Assembly: GCA_028023455.1 (NCBI GenBank)
Contig: JAQFVV010000006.1
Span: 16,430,001 to 16,494,000, forward strand
From: Epiperipatus broadwayi
Taxonomy: Eukaryota > Animalia > Onychophora
DNA: 64,000 bases
Direction of reading: 5' to 3'
The position numbers and the translations under genes were made by a program. Shown here in pieces: positions 26,920-39,053 of the stretch; within the stretch, counting starts at the first letter, position 1, and the number at the start of each line of letters is the position of its first letter. Below the pieces are notes generated by a model. That model saw only the letters and a list, made by a program, of their open reading frames with translations, ran no database searches and was not told the DNA's origin.

Positions 26920-27225
26920 GATAGCTACAAATGCCATTTTTTAGTAAGAGGAGTGCTAGAGTCCTTTTTATTAATGGCCTGATTATTTTTAGCTATTCCC
27001 CATGTCTCCTTCATCTTTCTCTTTGTGCCATCTCTTTCAGAGTAAACAATATCAGCTGTAGAAAGATCAAATTTGTGGCCTGACTGTAACTCATCCAAGA
27101 AAATGAAAGAGTGTTCATTGCTTTTCTTAACCCGGTCGCGTAGATAATTATGCTCTTGTAGATAAGTTAGCTCTCGTTTCTCCATAGTAAGTCTTTAAGC
27201 AATTGGATCCTTTGCTATAAATAAT
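26920..27225 (-). mobile_element. Penelope-like element GIY-YIG endonuclease remnant
   Basis: Minus frames give CLKTYYGETRANLSTR, then after a frameshift EH..GHKFDLSTADIVYSERDGTKRKMKETWGI..IN..W, the typical PLE endonuclease pattern. Confidence 0.8.
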
Positions 27226-27669
27226 TTTTTAATCTGAATTGTTTTCAGGTTTTAATTAATGTGTTAAACAGCATTGCAAGTGACCAGTTTATTATTAAAA
27301 ATATATATATATTTTAAACATTTTTTTAATTAATTGATTAGAATAAATAAAATAAATGACTTTTTTTTCTACATTTAAATTCTCTATTTGTAATACTTTT
27401 CAAATTGATATCGTTTTCATGCTTTATCACTTTAAATGCGTGAAATAAGAACTATAGCTTATATACTATACAGCTGATATATATTTTTTTCTTGTCGGTT
27501 TTTAAATACACACCAAGTCTTCATATTTATGCCTGAGATTATGATTAATTTGAGCTATAAATAATGCACATTTTAAAACCTATATAGATATTTAATTTGA
27601 AAATAATACATGTTATGACATCAGTAGAAATAATTAACATTAAAAAAGAGTATAGTAGCAGTAAATTGA

Positions 27670-28050
27670 GAGATGTAGAGAAACCACATGACCGAGTACA
27701 CAAAATGAAAAAATGGCTAATTGAAAGTGATTTATGACAATATTTATAAAGGCAGGTGTATGCAAAATTTATGGTTCAAATTTGCAATTTTTTTTCATAC
27801 AATATTTTTTTTTAGTTTGCTGAAATGCAATATGACGAATCCATGGCTAAGATAGACTACTGTATTTTATTTAATTTATAAAACTTTTTAAATATTTTTC
27901 CAGTTGTTAAATATTCAGATTTTTTTTTTCTTCTGGACTAACACATGTTTATAGCAAAATTGTTATATCTAAATTGGCATCTAGAAAGGAACACTACTTA
28001 AGAGGATGTATACGTTGTTTATATTATGATGAATTGATTTATTATTGGTT
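27670..28050 (+). mobile_element. Decayed LINE RT remnant
   Basis: GATGTAGAGAAACCACATGACCGAGTA = DVEKPHDRV, resembling D.EKAYDRV; the rest is broken. Confidence 0.35.
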
Positions 28051-29464
28051 CACTCGTAAATATATATTCACATTTCTTATTTATTGAGGAGAATGGCCAT
28101 GATTATTTTACTATTATCTGAACATTGACGAGTAAAATAATTAGTGATTGTAAGTTAATTTAGTAGTTTTTAAATATATATTTTACAAATTTAGATATTT
28201 ACGAATGTTAAAATAGTAGTTGCCCTGCATCGTTTAGTGCAGCGATAGCTAAGAAGTTCCTTGGATTGTAACTCATCACTTCTGATGATTTAATACCCTA
28301 TACTTGACTTATGAACTATTCAATTGTTTTTTTAAAAATAGTTTGTCAAAAATCAATAATGGTTGCTATTGATGGCAGGTTATTATGATATTGTATTAGA
28401 TTTCTTAAAGAATTGGATGTAATTATACGATGAATGCTAGGGAATAAAGATTAAAAAAGGCTGTTATATACATTTACATAACCGTTGCTGTTATATCTGC
28501 TAAAATTAATATTAAAATACAATGTGATTTTGATCTGCACATCATTGCTCATTAAATTGTGAAAAATGTAGATTTTAGATGTATCCTAGCTATTAGCGGT
28601 TCATAACATAGGGTACATTCTTTTTTTTTGACAATTGGTGGTATGAGCATTTTTTTATTAAATATTTATTAAGTGACTAAATAATATATTTATTCGGTAA
28701 ATACATTTTTTCTGATTTAATTTTTTTAAGTATTTTATTAATTTTCTACGGTAAGGTTCTCCACTTCAATGCAGATTGGATTAAGTAGGCAACAAAGTTC
28801 TACAACCAAACGAAAACATTACATCATCATTGATGATAGTATTCCATTGCTCATCATTCCTCTTAACAGAATTTATTCTAGAATCTCAATTTTAGAGCAA
28901 TTAAATGAACTTTAATGAGCGTCACATCATTAAAGTACACCCAACCTGTTTTGACTTGCTAGAATCATTTTCACACCTATTTATCTCAACAAGATAATGA
29001 GAAATGTAAAAATAGTCAACAATCTATTGGGTATATTTTTTTATCCATTTATTTTTTGGAATAATTAGAATTTTTTTTTTTTTTTAATACTAATCCTGGG
29101 TGTATTTCTTTTATTTATTTATTTTTAAAATGCTGAGTGCTTTACTAAAAAGATCAATAACTTATATCTATTTAAAATTATTAAAAATAAGATGACTTTG
29201 TTATAAATTTATTAATATATATTAATAAACAATTTATTAAAGAATAATGATTTTTTATTTGATTAAGTTTTCCATCTAAAAAATGCTGTATGTATTTGGT
29301 AAGTGATCACTTATTAATTAATCTGTTCTTAATTAAGAAACAGTTAAAAGAATTAGGGTAAAGACATACTAAATTAAAATATTTAAATATCTAAGGTTTA
29401 AACTTTAAAATTCATAATTGCCTTAAGAGTTAAGATTTGATCAGTAATAAATAATTTACCAAAA

Positions 29465-29505
29465 TCAGCTCTGAAGAAGACTGTAGGACAGTCGAAATGT
29501 AGGTG
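29465..29505 (+). ncRNA. Hammerhead ribozyme core, Penelope pLTR type (decayed)
   Basis: CTGAAGA (29471-77), A, stem II GACTGT-AGG-ACAGTC, GAAA (29494-97), then TGTA (ATGT in place of the ACGT palindrome). Confidence 0.75.
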
Positions 29506-30035
29506 CATGTGCATATATGTACAATAAAAGGTTTTTGCTAAAAAGTATTGATAAATTAGATTTGTAATAAATAATTTTATAATAAATTATTTTCTATAGA
29601 GAGTGTGATTAGTAACTTGATTTTTACAAAGCTTTGTGTCTCTTTATTATTGTTATTATTTTGGTATTACAATCCAGCTTTAAACAAATGATCAGTGTTG
29701 TCTTAAAATTGATATACTTTACAAATGTGAATTGAGAAATGAATATAATTTTTAATCATTTTTACTGTTTCCGCAAGATATATTTTAGCATAGGGTTGCA
29801 TAGAAAGAGTGAAAGCTCTTTCTATGAGTAGATATCAAAGAGTTTGTCAGGTTATAAACCTAAGCAAGGCAATAGTTTAAACATCATGACCTCACTTTTC
29901 TCAAATTCTATTATATTGCAATTATCCTTCTGGGCCAGATTACTTGTCAAATAAACTACAAACCCCAAACACTGTGATCATGTAATTTGTCAAATATTTT
30001 CCCATTACATTATTCTCTTATAAGATGGATCTATT

Positions 30036-30145
30036 CTTTTCATATGTCATAGCATCGGCCGGGAGGTGAACCTGCAACAACCGTCTGCAACCAACTGCTT
30101 GTTTGCAAGGCAGCTGCACTGACCTCTCGGCTAACAACGCTTGAC
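30036..30145 (-). mobile_element. tRNA-derived SINE, family 2
   Basis: Same GTCAAGC head and GGCCGATGCTATGACA tail as family 1, different middle; 15-bp TSD TAAGATGGATCTATT (30021-35 / 30146-60). Confidence 0.92.
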
Positions 30146-32526
30146 TAAGATGGATCTATTTCTATCACTTTTAATATCTTATGGAAGGAGAATCACTTAC
30201 AGAAATATTTCCAAATTTTTACATTTTTATTATCTGCTCACTCCTCATTTCAGGAATAGAAAGAAAAAGTGATATAAAATACATTTTCTGCTCATATTTT
30301 AGTTTTGAAGCCACATTATTTTACAAAATAGAAAGAATAGGTGAGATTTAATGCTATTTAAACCTGATATGGTCGATTCCTTGCAAATCTGATTTAGAAA
30401 GGTTGTTAAAACTTATGTGGAAAAAAGCGCTACTTAAATAAGATAAATTATGAATTTTTTATTTTGTAATTATTGAAAAGTCCAGTAAATGACATCTTCT
30501 ACACCTACATGGAAGTTAACTTGTTTTGCATTGATGGAAGTTTACAGAATATTTAAAATTTGATCATTAGATAGAATTAAGATTTTTTCAATTATATCAT
30601 CACCATTTTTTATTATTGTATGGAATACAGATATATTTCACTACTGTAGTCTTAATTGATTTACTCAAAATATTTTTTCCCTGTAAAATGAAATATCAGT
30701 TAAAATAAACAATTTGTTGTCTGTGTGTTCATTTTCTTTAATAAGAAAAACAATCTACTTTTATAGCTGGCTTATTTAATCCTCACCATTGGTAAGTCAT
30801 TATGAGGGTAATTTGCAAATCAAACAATCATTCTTTCTAGAAATTAATCAAACAATTATTGTGAAATTGTAATTTTTATTTTTAAAGTTGCTAAATAAAT
30901 TTGAAACTGATCACAGAAAAATAGTTATTCTATGCATTTAGTTAATTTGTATCTAATAGAAAACATTTCAAGATCAAGAAAAAAGAAATCATTGAAGTTG
31001 TATTTAAAAAACGGATTTGCAAAAATATGCAGTCACAATCCAAAACATGTAAAATGGATAGATTAACTCTTGTGATGGAACAGTCATTATTGCCTGTTAA
31101 GTTTGGTTGATAACCAATATTTTTATCTTAATGGATTTTAAAGGTGGATAAAAAATTAGATCTTGAAGAGGGGGATGGGGTGAAATCTAATCTGTATTTG
31201 TATTTTTTAAAATTCTTTTTTAAAAAATTTATTTCAGTTTAAATTTTTTTTTATTTTTAAAAATTATATAAATTTTCTTATTTACTAGTTTATTAAAATA
31301 AGATTTTTTAAAAATGTTAACATATTATTAGTTATATTAAAAACTATGAGATCTTTTTGTGTATGTGAATTACTAATTTTAATCCTATATCTTTTTAAAT
31401 CAATGTGAATAAATGATGAATGTTGTTTTGTGTTAATGATTCATTTTACCTAAAATATTAAAAACCATAAACTGAATACATAATTTATCATCTATATGAA
31501 GAAGGTTGGTAATTATATCATTGTACATAAAAGAACATACATATAATGTACACTCTGGCATTCTGACTTAATAATGGAATACTTTTATATGTTTAATTTA
31601 GTTTGATAATAATAAATGTAAAATGGATTTTGCTGTAATTTTTAACTGGAGGATAGAATTCCAATTAATCTAAGTTTGGGAAAATAACAGATAATTAGAT
31701 GTTTTCACCCATCACATTTAAAAAAAGTCAACATTTTTATATTGTAACAACTGATTATGTATTGTTTTATTCTATTTTTCATTGTTAATAACATGTGTAA
31801 TGTGTCCTTCATATTTTGCATTTTTCAAGAATAATAACTATACCTTGCAAATACCAATTAGATTTTTAATATTTTGGATTGTTTTTAAAATATCTTTTTT
31901 TTTTTTGACTACTTTTCTTAGCTTTGTTATCCTGTATAATTCCTATTGGTCCTTGAATAAGATTTTTAAAATTTGATGGAATTATTTTATTTTTAATATT
32001 TTCAGTTGCATATATAGCTATATACTGCATTCTTTATAATAGACAAATCATAGCTTTGTAACCTGGGGGTGTGTGTGTACTGTATACAGAATAAAAGTGA
32101 ACAAAAAGGTAAATGTAAATCATGGGCTCATATGCAGAAGTTTCTGAATAATTCAGATTAGCCTTAATCCATTTATTTTGTAGCTGATAGCAAATAGATA
32201 CCTCTTTCCAACTACTATTGAATAGATAGATTAGATTGGTTGCATGAAATAATAATCCTTATTCATCTTTGCTAGTTATCTGATAAATTTTCAAGATTTT
32301 TTCTGATTTGAATTTAAATTCCAAATTTTCAGCAAAACAGATTGATGTATATTTAACATCACACTGTGATGTCTAAATGGCAAATACATGCATAGAAAAT
32401 GAGAGGACCATGAACATGTATATGAGTATGTAAAAATGAATAAACATTTTACCATTAAATAAGGTGAATATTAATATATGTATATATAAGCATCTTTATA
32501 AATGGTGTGCTTATATATGTGTATAT

Positions 32527-32636
32527 ATAATCAAAATTACCCCAAATTCACAACTCAACTAGATTAGCCAAGAAAATAAACTTTAAACCGCTATCATTTG
32601 ACTTCTCTAGTGTAAATTTGGAGTAATTTTGATTAT
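32527..32636. repeat. Small inverted repeat / mini-MITE
   Basis: ATAATCAAAATTACCCCAAATT vs AATTTGGAGTAATTTTGATTAT. Confidence 0.7.
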
Positions 32637-34181
32637 TTATTGACTAGTTTAGCTTTATGCTTTTAATGTTTATATTTTGGTTAGTCTATAAATGATGAAT
32701 ATACAATCGGTAAAAATGTCAATATTTTTATGCATTTTAGTATACGTCTAGATTTGTTTTTATTATTAAAAATATGTGATAATAATTAATAAAGTCCTAC
32801 AGATTCTTGTTATTATATTAGCAAACAATATCTATTTCATACTCCTTACTAAATGCCTTCTAAATATCACTGCTAACTTTTTAAAATTTGCTTATAATTT
32901 TTGCCAAACAATGCTGGTAATTTGCGTAATTTCTGTTTGAAGTGGTATCTTAATTAAAAGGTTTTTTCTTTTATGCTTTCTTGGTATTTTTAAGTCCCCC
33001 CCACTCTTCCACCGACACTGTCCGAACAGATGAGATAGAGTTTTACATTCTACCATTTGAATATCATTTGGTCTCGTAAACATACTATTTATTAATAACA
33101 AAATTAGATAGAAGAATATTTTTTAGACTGGGGGGGGGGGAGAGAATAGATTAAAAAAAAAAAAACTTTAATGTGCGCTATGTGTCATTTTCATGATTAT
33201 TTGACACCCCCCCTCCCCAAAGATAATTTTAAATACAAACATTTGAATTTGTAAAATAGTGTATTATACATATACAACGTGTATGTACAATTTTTGCAGA
33301 CTTCATTATAATTTAATTGACCATTTTTTTTTGTTTTGATGGGAGTGAAAATACACATCACAGTTAATTAAAACCTTTAAATGCCAACTGCGAGGTAACT
33401 TAGAATAGACCGTTTCTTACAGGATGTTGTGTTACTTTGTTATTAATTAGCTTTAAAAGATTTGTCCTTAAATATTGATTTGCATAATAATAAAGAGATA
33501 GAAATGTTTAATGTATATTTAAAATAATGTTAAAATTATTTTTCCATCTGAAAATTAAATATTTATTCACGGAAATAAAAAATAATCAATGAATCAGAAA
33601 AATGAATAATCCTGCCTTTTCATAGATGGATCAATGAATATTTTACCTGCTATTTAGCTAAAAAAGAAATATATATATATTGAAATTATGTGTAAAGAAA
33701 TAATAATAATTGATGTTACTTTTAAATACAGTATATATTAAACCAAGCAGAATCTAATTTTTTTTATAATTATTGATTAAATCTACTATTTTTAAAAAAT
33801 CTTTGTTGGACTTTGTAAGGTTTTAGGTAGTAGAAAAATCTAAATATTTTTCACATATATTGAAACGAGTGCAATAAAGATATATTGATAAAATATAAAT
33901 TATTCTTTGGAGGATGGGGAGGGGAGGGAAAGGGAAACCAGATAGTGTTACAATTTAAGAGGGGAATTCCCTTATACCTTATCCTGCCCCAAATTTGATT
34001 ATATGTAATTTGATGGCAAACAATTTTTGGTCACAATTTCTTCTGGGCTTAGATTTATTAACAATTATGTTTGAACATTTATGAAGATATTAAACGATTA
34101 AAACATCATATGATCATTTCTTATGCGTACACAAACTGTTAAAACAGCAGCAACTCTCCATACAATTATGCCACCCAGTGT

Positions 34182-34872
34182 AAGCCATAGTAATCAATGG
34201 ATGCTGGAAGATTTATGCATCAAAATCCTTATCTAGTGCCTATTCATCCAATATTCCCAGATTAGTTTCTAGTTTGTAGCTTTCAGCAGTGAGGAGCCTT
34301 GAATCTGAGAGCCCTGCACCTAAGTCTTTGGCTCTAATGCAACCCTCCAGCAGCCACCTTTTACACTTTTAGTTAACTTTAAAGTTATGAATCCAAAATC
34401 AAAACACTAATGTTTTCAGTTCAAGCTCATTCACTTTTATATAATCTTGCAGATCTGAACCTAGTTCAGTATCTATACATTTTGGTGTTTGGATTTTTTT
34501 TAATAACCATAGTCACCATCTTTCGGTGGCCAGGATTGGTATAAACCCTCTAAAATCCCACATGATTATCATTTTTTATGTTTACACAAGCTGTTAAAGC
34601 AGTAACAAGCATCACCATATAGTAGTGCTACCTAGTGCAAGCCATAGTAATCAATGGATGCTAGATTTGTGCATCAAAATCCCTATCTAGTGCCTATTGT
34701 CCAATATTTCTAGATTATTTCTAGCTTATGGCTTCATCAAGGGCATGACAGCCATAACCTAGAAACTAGTCTGCAAATATTGGATGAGTAGGCACTAGAT
34801 AGAGATTTTGATGCTCAAATCTTCTAGCATCCATTGATTACTATGGCTTTTACTAGGTAGCACTACTGTATG
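34182..34872. mobile_element. Foldback element: 257-bp hairpin (34616-34872) plus a third arm copy (34182-34281)
   Basis: AAGCCATAGTAATCAATGGATGCT..GCATCAAAATC..TATCTAGTGCCTA occurs twice direct and once inverted; arms 34616-34733 and 34750-34872. Confidence 0.8.
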
Positions 34873-35571
34873 AAGACTTATGGAGATGTCTATTATATAT
34901 AAAATATACATCTAGTGCATTAAAAGGCAAACAAAATGAAAGTGTAAGACAAATAACAGGAAGGAATTTGAGAAAAATAACAAATAATAGTAAGATTGAT
35001 TCACTATCTGATGAAAGAGTATATACTATGTTTAAAACACTTAGTAAGGCTATCATTTCATCTTCTCTGTGACATCAAATATGTTATCTATTTGTGTGAA
35101 GTAACATCTGCATCTTAGAAAAGATAAGGTTGGTAGAATTTTAAGATTTAATTTGATTAAAAAATAATCATTAGAATTTGAAATGTCATATTCTATTATT
35201 TAGTAAAATTATTAAGATTTTAAAATAACTTTATTGGATTACCATTTTTTTCCTTCTGATTGATGTATATACAGAAGCAAGTTTATTATTACTTTTTATA
35301 GAGATATTTAACTTTTGAACTTTACAACTGGAAATTATTTTAAGACTATAGTTAATCTGTAGAAATTTATTTATGATTTTTTTTTTTTAAAGAAATGATA
35401 TTGATATTTTTTTAAAAAAAGTAAGATTATTTTTTTAAAAATCTTCAAATAAATGTTAAAAAATAATTTATTTATCAGTAACACAATTCATGAAATTATA
35501 AAATATTGCTTACTTGATATTCAGATAAAAAGTTTCGCCATACTTATATTGCTTCACGTATTTAAATCCAA

Positions 35572-35737
35572 GGCTGCAGAAAGGAGTTTGCTATTAACTG
35601 AAAGGAGACCCTTTGATTCCTCTTGGAGGCCTTAAAGGAACTGAGCAGGGCAAATTCCTAATGTCCACTCCATACGTTCTTGTCGTTGCAGCTGTTATTA
35701 CTATGTGATTATTCATATAGTATACGAACATGGATGG
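35572..35737 (+). ncRNA. HDV-like self-cleaving ribozyme
   Basis: P1 GGCTGCA/TGCAGCT (35572-78 / 35687-93, first pair G-U); P2 CCA(C)TCCAT/ATGGATGG; P3 ACG/CGT; L3 TTCTTGT; G35694 for P1.1; 10-bp P4 (35699-35722); J4/2 TACGAAC with catalytic-position C35725. Confidence 0.88.
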
Positions 35738-35740
35738 GCT

Positions 35741-35773
35741 GCTCACCAACACGCATTAGCCAGCGTGGTGAGT
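35741..35773 (+). other. RTE 5'-UTR conserved hairpin motif
   Basis: GCTCACC-AAC-ACGC-ATTAGCCA-GCGT-GGTGAGT; resembles the CCAAYCCGCATTGG..AGCGTGG motif recalled from RTE 5' UTRs and RTE-derived bipartite SINEs. Confidence 0.65.
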
Positions 35774-35897
35774 TTATTGGCTTTTTACCTCTGAGTTTAA
35801 GATCAAGAAACACCATGGTCTTTCTTCTCAGTGCCTGATAAGGCAGAATGAATGTTTGTGTAAATGATAAATATTTTTCCAATACATATATACAATT

Positions 35898-36800
35898 ATG
35901 ACAGACAAAAATAAAGCATGGCCCTTATTCCCAGGATGCTGTAAAGTCACCAACCAAGGCAGCGGTTGGTGGCCGAAGGCGGAGGGTGCTAAGAATCCCC
36001 TGATTGCGGACCCAGGCTGCCATTTGATGACGACTTTTTATTTAGGTACTTACAACTGCAGATCACTTTCAAGTGAAGGAAGATTGCAAGAATTAGAAGA
36101 AGAACTGTCTTATATTAAATGGGACATTATTGGACTTTGTGAAGTTAGAAGAAAAGGAGAAGAAACAATTGATTTAAAAAGTGGACATATACTCTATTAT
36201 AAAGGCACACATATTGGAAATACAAGTGGAGTAGGATTCATTATAAATAAAAAGTGGAAGAACAATATTGTGGAGATTGATGGTGTATTGGACAGAGTGG
36301 CAAGATTAGTTATACAACTTAATAGCAGATACCAAATGCAGATAATTCAGGTTTATGCCCCAACAAGTTCTCATAGTGATGAAGTAGTAGAAGATTTTTA
36401 TATGGATGTACAAAAGGCTTTTGATCAGAGTAAACAACATTTTAAAATTGTTATGGGGGACTTTAATGGTAGAATTGGTAGACAAATGAAAGATGAAATT
36501 GCTGTAGGTAATTTTGGTTATGGTAATAGAAATGAGAGAGGACATAGACTTGTGGAGTTTGCAGAAAAAGAAAAACTTTATATTATGAATTCATTTTTTG
36601 AGAAAAATGTTAAAAGGAAATGGACATGGAAGCATCCAAATGAAGGTACAGCAGAATTGGATTATATTTTGACTAACAGAAAATACATATTTCAAGATTG
36701 TAATGTTCTTAATAAATTTAACACAGGAAGTGATCATCGATTAGTAAGGTGTAAGTTATGCAGAAAAAGAAAAACTTTATATTATGAATTCATTTTTTGA
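35898..36800 (+). CDS. Apurinic/apyrimidinic-type endonuclease domain of RTE
   Basis: GTYNCRSL, DIIGLCEVR, IIQVYAPT, VMGDFNG, LDYIL, SDH motifs. Confidence 0.93.
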   Translation: MTDKNKAWPLFPGCCKVTNQGSGWWPKAEGAKNPLIADPGCHLMTTFYLGTYNCRSLSSEGRLQELEEELSYIKWDIIGLCEVRRKGEETIDLKSGHILYYKGTHIGNTSGVGFIINKKWKNNIVEIDGVLDRVARLVIQLNSRYQMQIIQVYAPTSSHSDEVVEDFYMDVQKAFDQSKQHFKIVMGDFNGRIGRQMKDEIAVGNFGYGNRNERGHRLVEFAEKEKLYIMNSFFEKNVKRKWTWKHPNEGTAELDYILTNRKYIFQDCNVLNKFNTGSDHRLVRCKLCRKRKTLYYEFIF

Positions 36801-36957
36801 GAAAAATGTTAAAAGGAAATGGACATGGAAGCATCCAAATGAAGGTACAGCAGAATTGGATTATATTTTGACTAACAGAAAATACATATTTCAAGATTGT
36901 AATGTTCTTAATAAATTTAACACAGGAAGTGATCATCGATTAGTAAGGTGTAAGTTA
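36560..36957 (+). repeat. 199-bp perfect tandem duplication inside the RTE ORF
   Basis: 36560-36758 reads identical to 36759-36957; 199 mod 3 = 1 explains the frameshift. Confidence 0.95.
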
Positions 36958-38580
36958 CATGTTAATGTAAAACTAGAGAGACAAAAATTATTAAGAAAAA
37001 CAATATTTACAGTTGATATTCCTAATCTTCAGAAACATTCTAATGAATTTAAATTAGAACTTACAAATAGGTTTCAAGTGTTAGTAGATTTTGAACATGA
37101 TACAGATTTGAATGAAATTAATATGAAAATAACTGATACACTTTTAAAAACTGCAACAAACATAGCTGGTAGAAAAAAGCAGCAATTGACTAATAAAATT
37201 TCTACTGAGACTAGAGAATTTATGAAGAAAAGAAGGAATATGAAGATATACAAAAATGATGTATTAAAAAGAATTGAATATCTCGAATTTTGTAAAATGG
37301 TACGGAAAAGAGTTGAAAATGATATAAGAAAGTATAACTGTGAAATAGCAAGGAAAGCTGTAGAAGAAAATAAAAGTCTCAAAAATGTTAAACAACATTT
37401 TGGTATTGGTAGGAAATTTATATCTGCAATAAGAAAAAAAGATGGAATTATTACTAAAAAGAGAGATGACATCATGAAATTGGTAGAAGATTTTTATCAA
37501 GAATTATATAGTAATAAAGAACAAGTACCTCCTATATCTATTACATCTTCCGAATTGCCCAGAATCTTAAATGAAGAAGTGAGACATGCAATTAAGTGTA
37601 TGAAGAAAGGAAAGGCTCCAGGAAATGATGGAATTATAATTGATATATTAAAAGAAGCAGGTGAAGAAATAGAAACAATTTTAGCAAAGTTATATACCAA
37701 ATGTCTAAATGATAAAGATATACCGGAAGATTGGAAGAATGCAGTAATAATATTAATATTTAAAAAAGGTGATAAAGAAGGTATTAGAAATTACAGACCT
37801 ATCAGCCTTTTATCAGTTTTATATAAAATTTTTACCAAGATAATTACAACTCGTCTACAGAGAACTTTGGATTTCCACCAACCAAGAGAACAAGCTGGAT
37901 TTAAAAGTGGTTTTAGTACAATAGATCATATCCAGGTATTGAGAGAAGTCATAGAAAGGACAAATGAATATGAGTTGTCTTTATGTTTTGGATTTATAGA
38001 TTATGAAAAGGCATTTGATTCTATACACATTTCTTCAATGATTAAAGCATTGGATCATCAAGGTATAGATCCAGGATATTGTCATATTTTAAAGAATATT
38101 TATAAAAATGCAACAGCAACAATTAGATTACATAATGATACTGGAAAAATCAACATTGAGAAAGGTGTAAGACAAGGTGACTCCATATCTCCAAAACTCT
38201 TTACAGCAGTGCTGCAAGAAGTATTTTGTGGATTAAAATGGGAAACTAAAGGAGTGAAAGTAAATGGAGAGTATTTAAGTCATTTAGATTTCGCAGATGA
38301 TGTAGTTGTTTTTGCAAATAATGCTTCAGAGCTGCAGGAAATGTTGCAGGAGTTAACAGATGAAAGTAGAAAAGTAGGACTAAAGATAAATGTTAAAAAG
38401 ACTAAAGTAATGTTTAATCGATTTGCTCAAAATATGAAAATAAAGATTGATTATGAAGAATTAGAAGAAGTTAACAGTTACAAATACCTTGGTCAGATTA
38501 TTAATACAGATGGAAACATAATGGAGGAAAATAATCATAGAATTAACTTGGTTGGAGTGCTTTTGGTAGAAATAACTTGA
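36784..38580 (+). CDS. Reverse transcriptase domain of RTE
   Basis: KKGKAPGNDG, NYRPISLL, IDYEKAFDS, GVRQGDSISPKLF, FADD, YKYLG motifs. Confidence 0.95.
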   Translation: MNSFFEKNVKRKWTWKHPNEGTAELDYILTNRKYIFQDCNVLNKFNTGSDHRLVRCKLHVNVKLERQKLLRKTIFTVDIPNLQKHSNEFKLELTNRFQVLVDFEHDTDLNEINMKITDTLLKTATNIAGRKKQQLTNKISTETREFMKKRRNMKIYKNDVLKRIEYLEFCKMVRKRVENDIRKYNCEIARKAVEENKSLKNVKQHFGIGRKFISAIRKKDGIITKKRDDIMKLVEDFYQELYSNKEQVPPISITSSELPRILNEEVRHAIKCMKKGKAPGNDGIIIDILKEAGEEIETILAKLYTKCLNDKDIPEDWKNAVIILIFKKGDKEGIRNYRPISLLSVLYKIFTKIITTRLQRTLDFHQPREQAGFKSGFSTIDHIQVLREVIERTNEYELSLCFGFIDYEKAFDSIHISSMIKALDHQGIDPGYCHILKNIYKNATATIRLHNDTGKINIEKGVRQGDSISPKLFTAVLQEVFCGLKWETKGVKVNGEYLSHLDFADDVVVFANNASELQEMLQELTDESRKVGLKINVKKTKVMFNRFAQNMKIKIDYEELEEVNSYKYLGQIINTDGNIMEENNHRINLVGVLLVEIT

Positions 38581-39053
38581 TACTAAAAGGAAATATGCCT
38601 ATGTGTTTGAAAAGGATGGTTTTTAACAAATGTGTTTTACCAGTTCTTACTTATGGATCTGAGACTTGGACACTTAATAGAAGAGCAATACAGAGACTTC
38701 AGACCACTCAAAGAAGTATGGAGAGGTGTATGTTGGGAGTAACAAGAAGAGATCAAAAACGCAATGTATGGGTAAGACAACAAACAGGTGTTACTGACCT
38801 TATTGAAAAAATTAAAAGATTGAAATGGAGTTGGGCTGGACATATTGCTAGAAGAGATGATAATAGATGGACAATTGAAATTTTAAACTGGATTCCAAGA
38901 GATTATAAAAGACCCAGAAAGAGACCACATGTGAGATGGATGGATGAAATAAGAAAATGTGCAGGGGTGTTGTGGAGAAGAGAAGCTAAAGATCGGAGAA
39001 GATGGATTAAACTTGGAGAGACCTTCATCCTGCAGTGGATTGATAATGGTTGA
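38577..39053 (+). CDS. RTE C-terminal region
   Basis: VLPVLTYGSETW, MERCMLG, KWSWAGHIARR, RKRPHVRW motifs. Confidence 0.9.
   Translation: MILKGNMPMCLKRMVFNKCVLPVLTYGSETWTLNRRAIQRLQTTQRSMERCMLGVTRRDQKRNVWVRQQTGVTDLIEKIKRLKWSWAGHIARRDDNRWTIEILNWIPRDYKRPRKRPHVRWMDEIRKCAGVLWRREAKDRRRWIKLGETFILQWIDNG

Larger units (their letters stand above)
35898..39053 (+). pseudogene. RTE APE-RT polyprotein ORF disrupted by two frameshifts (~985 aa when repaired)
   Basis: Three ORF pieces join into one frame after removing one 199-bp copy and restoring one A at 38545-46 (AATTAAACTTGG in the copies at 58400 and 59655). Confidence 0.93.

Noticed and set aside
38281-38302. HLDFADD instead of the common HLRFADD
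   Set aside because: The same residue is present in the 59411 copy, so it is a family trait; the catalytic DD is intact
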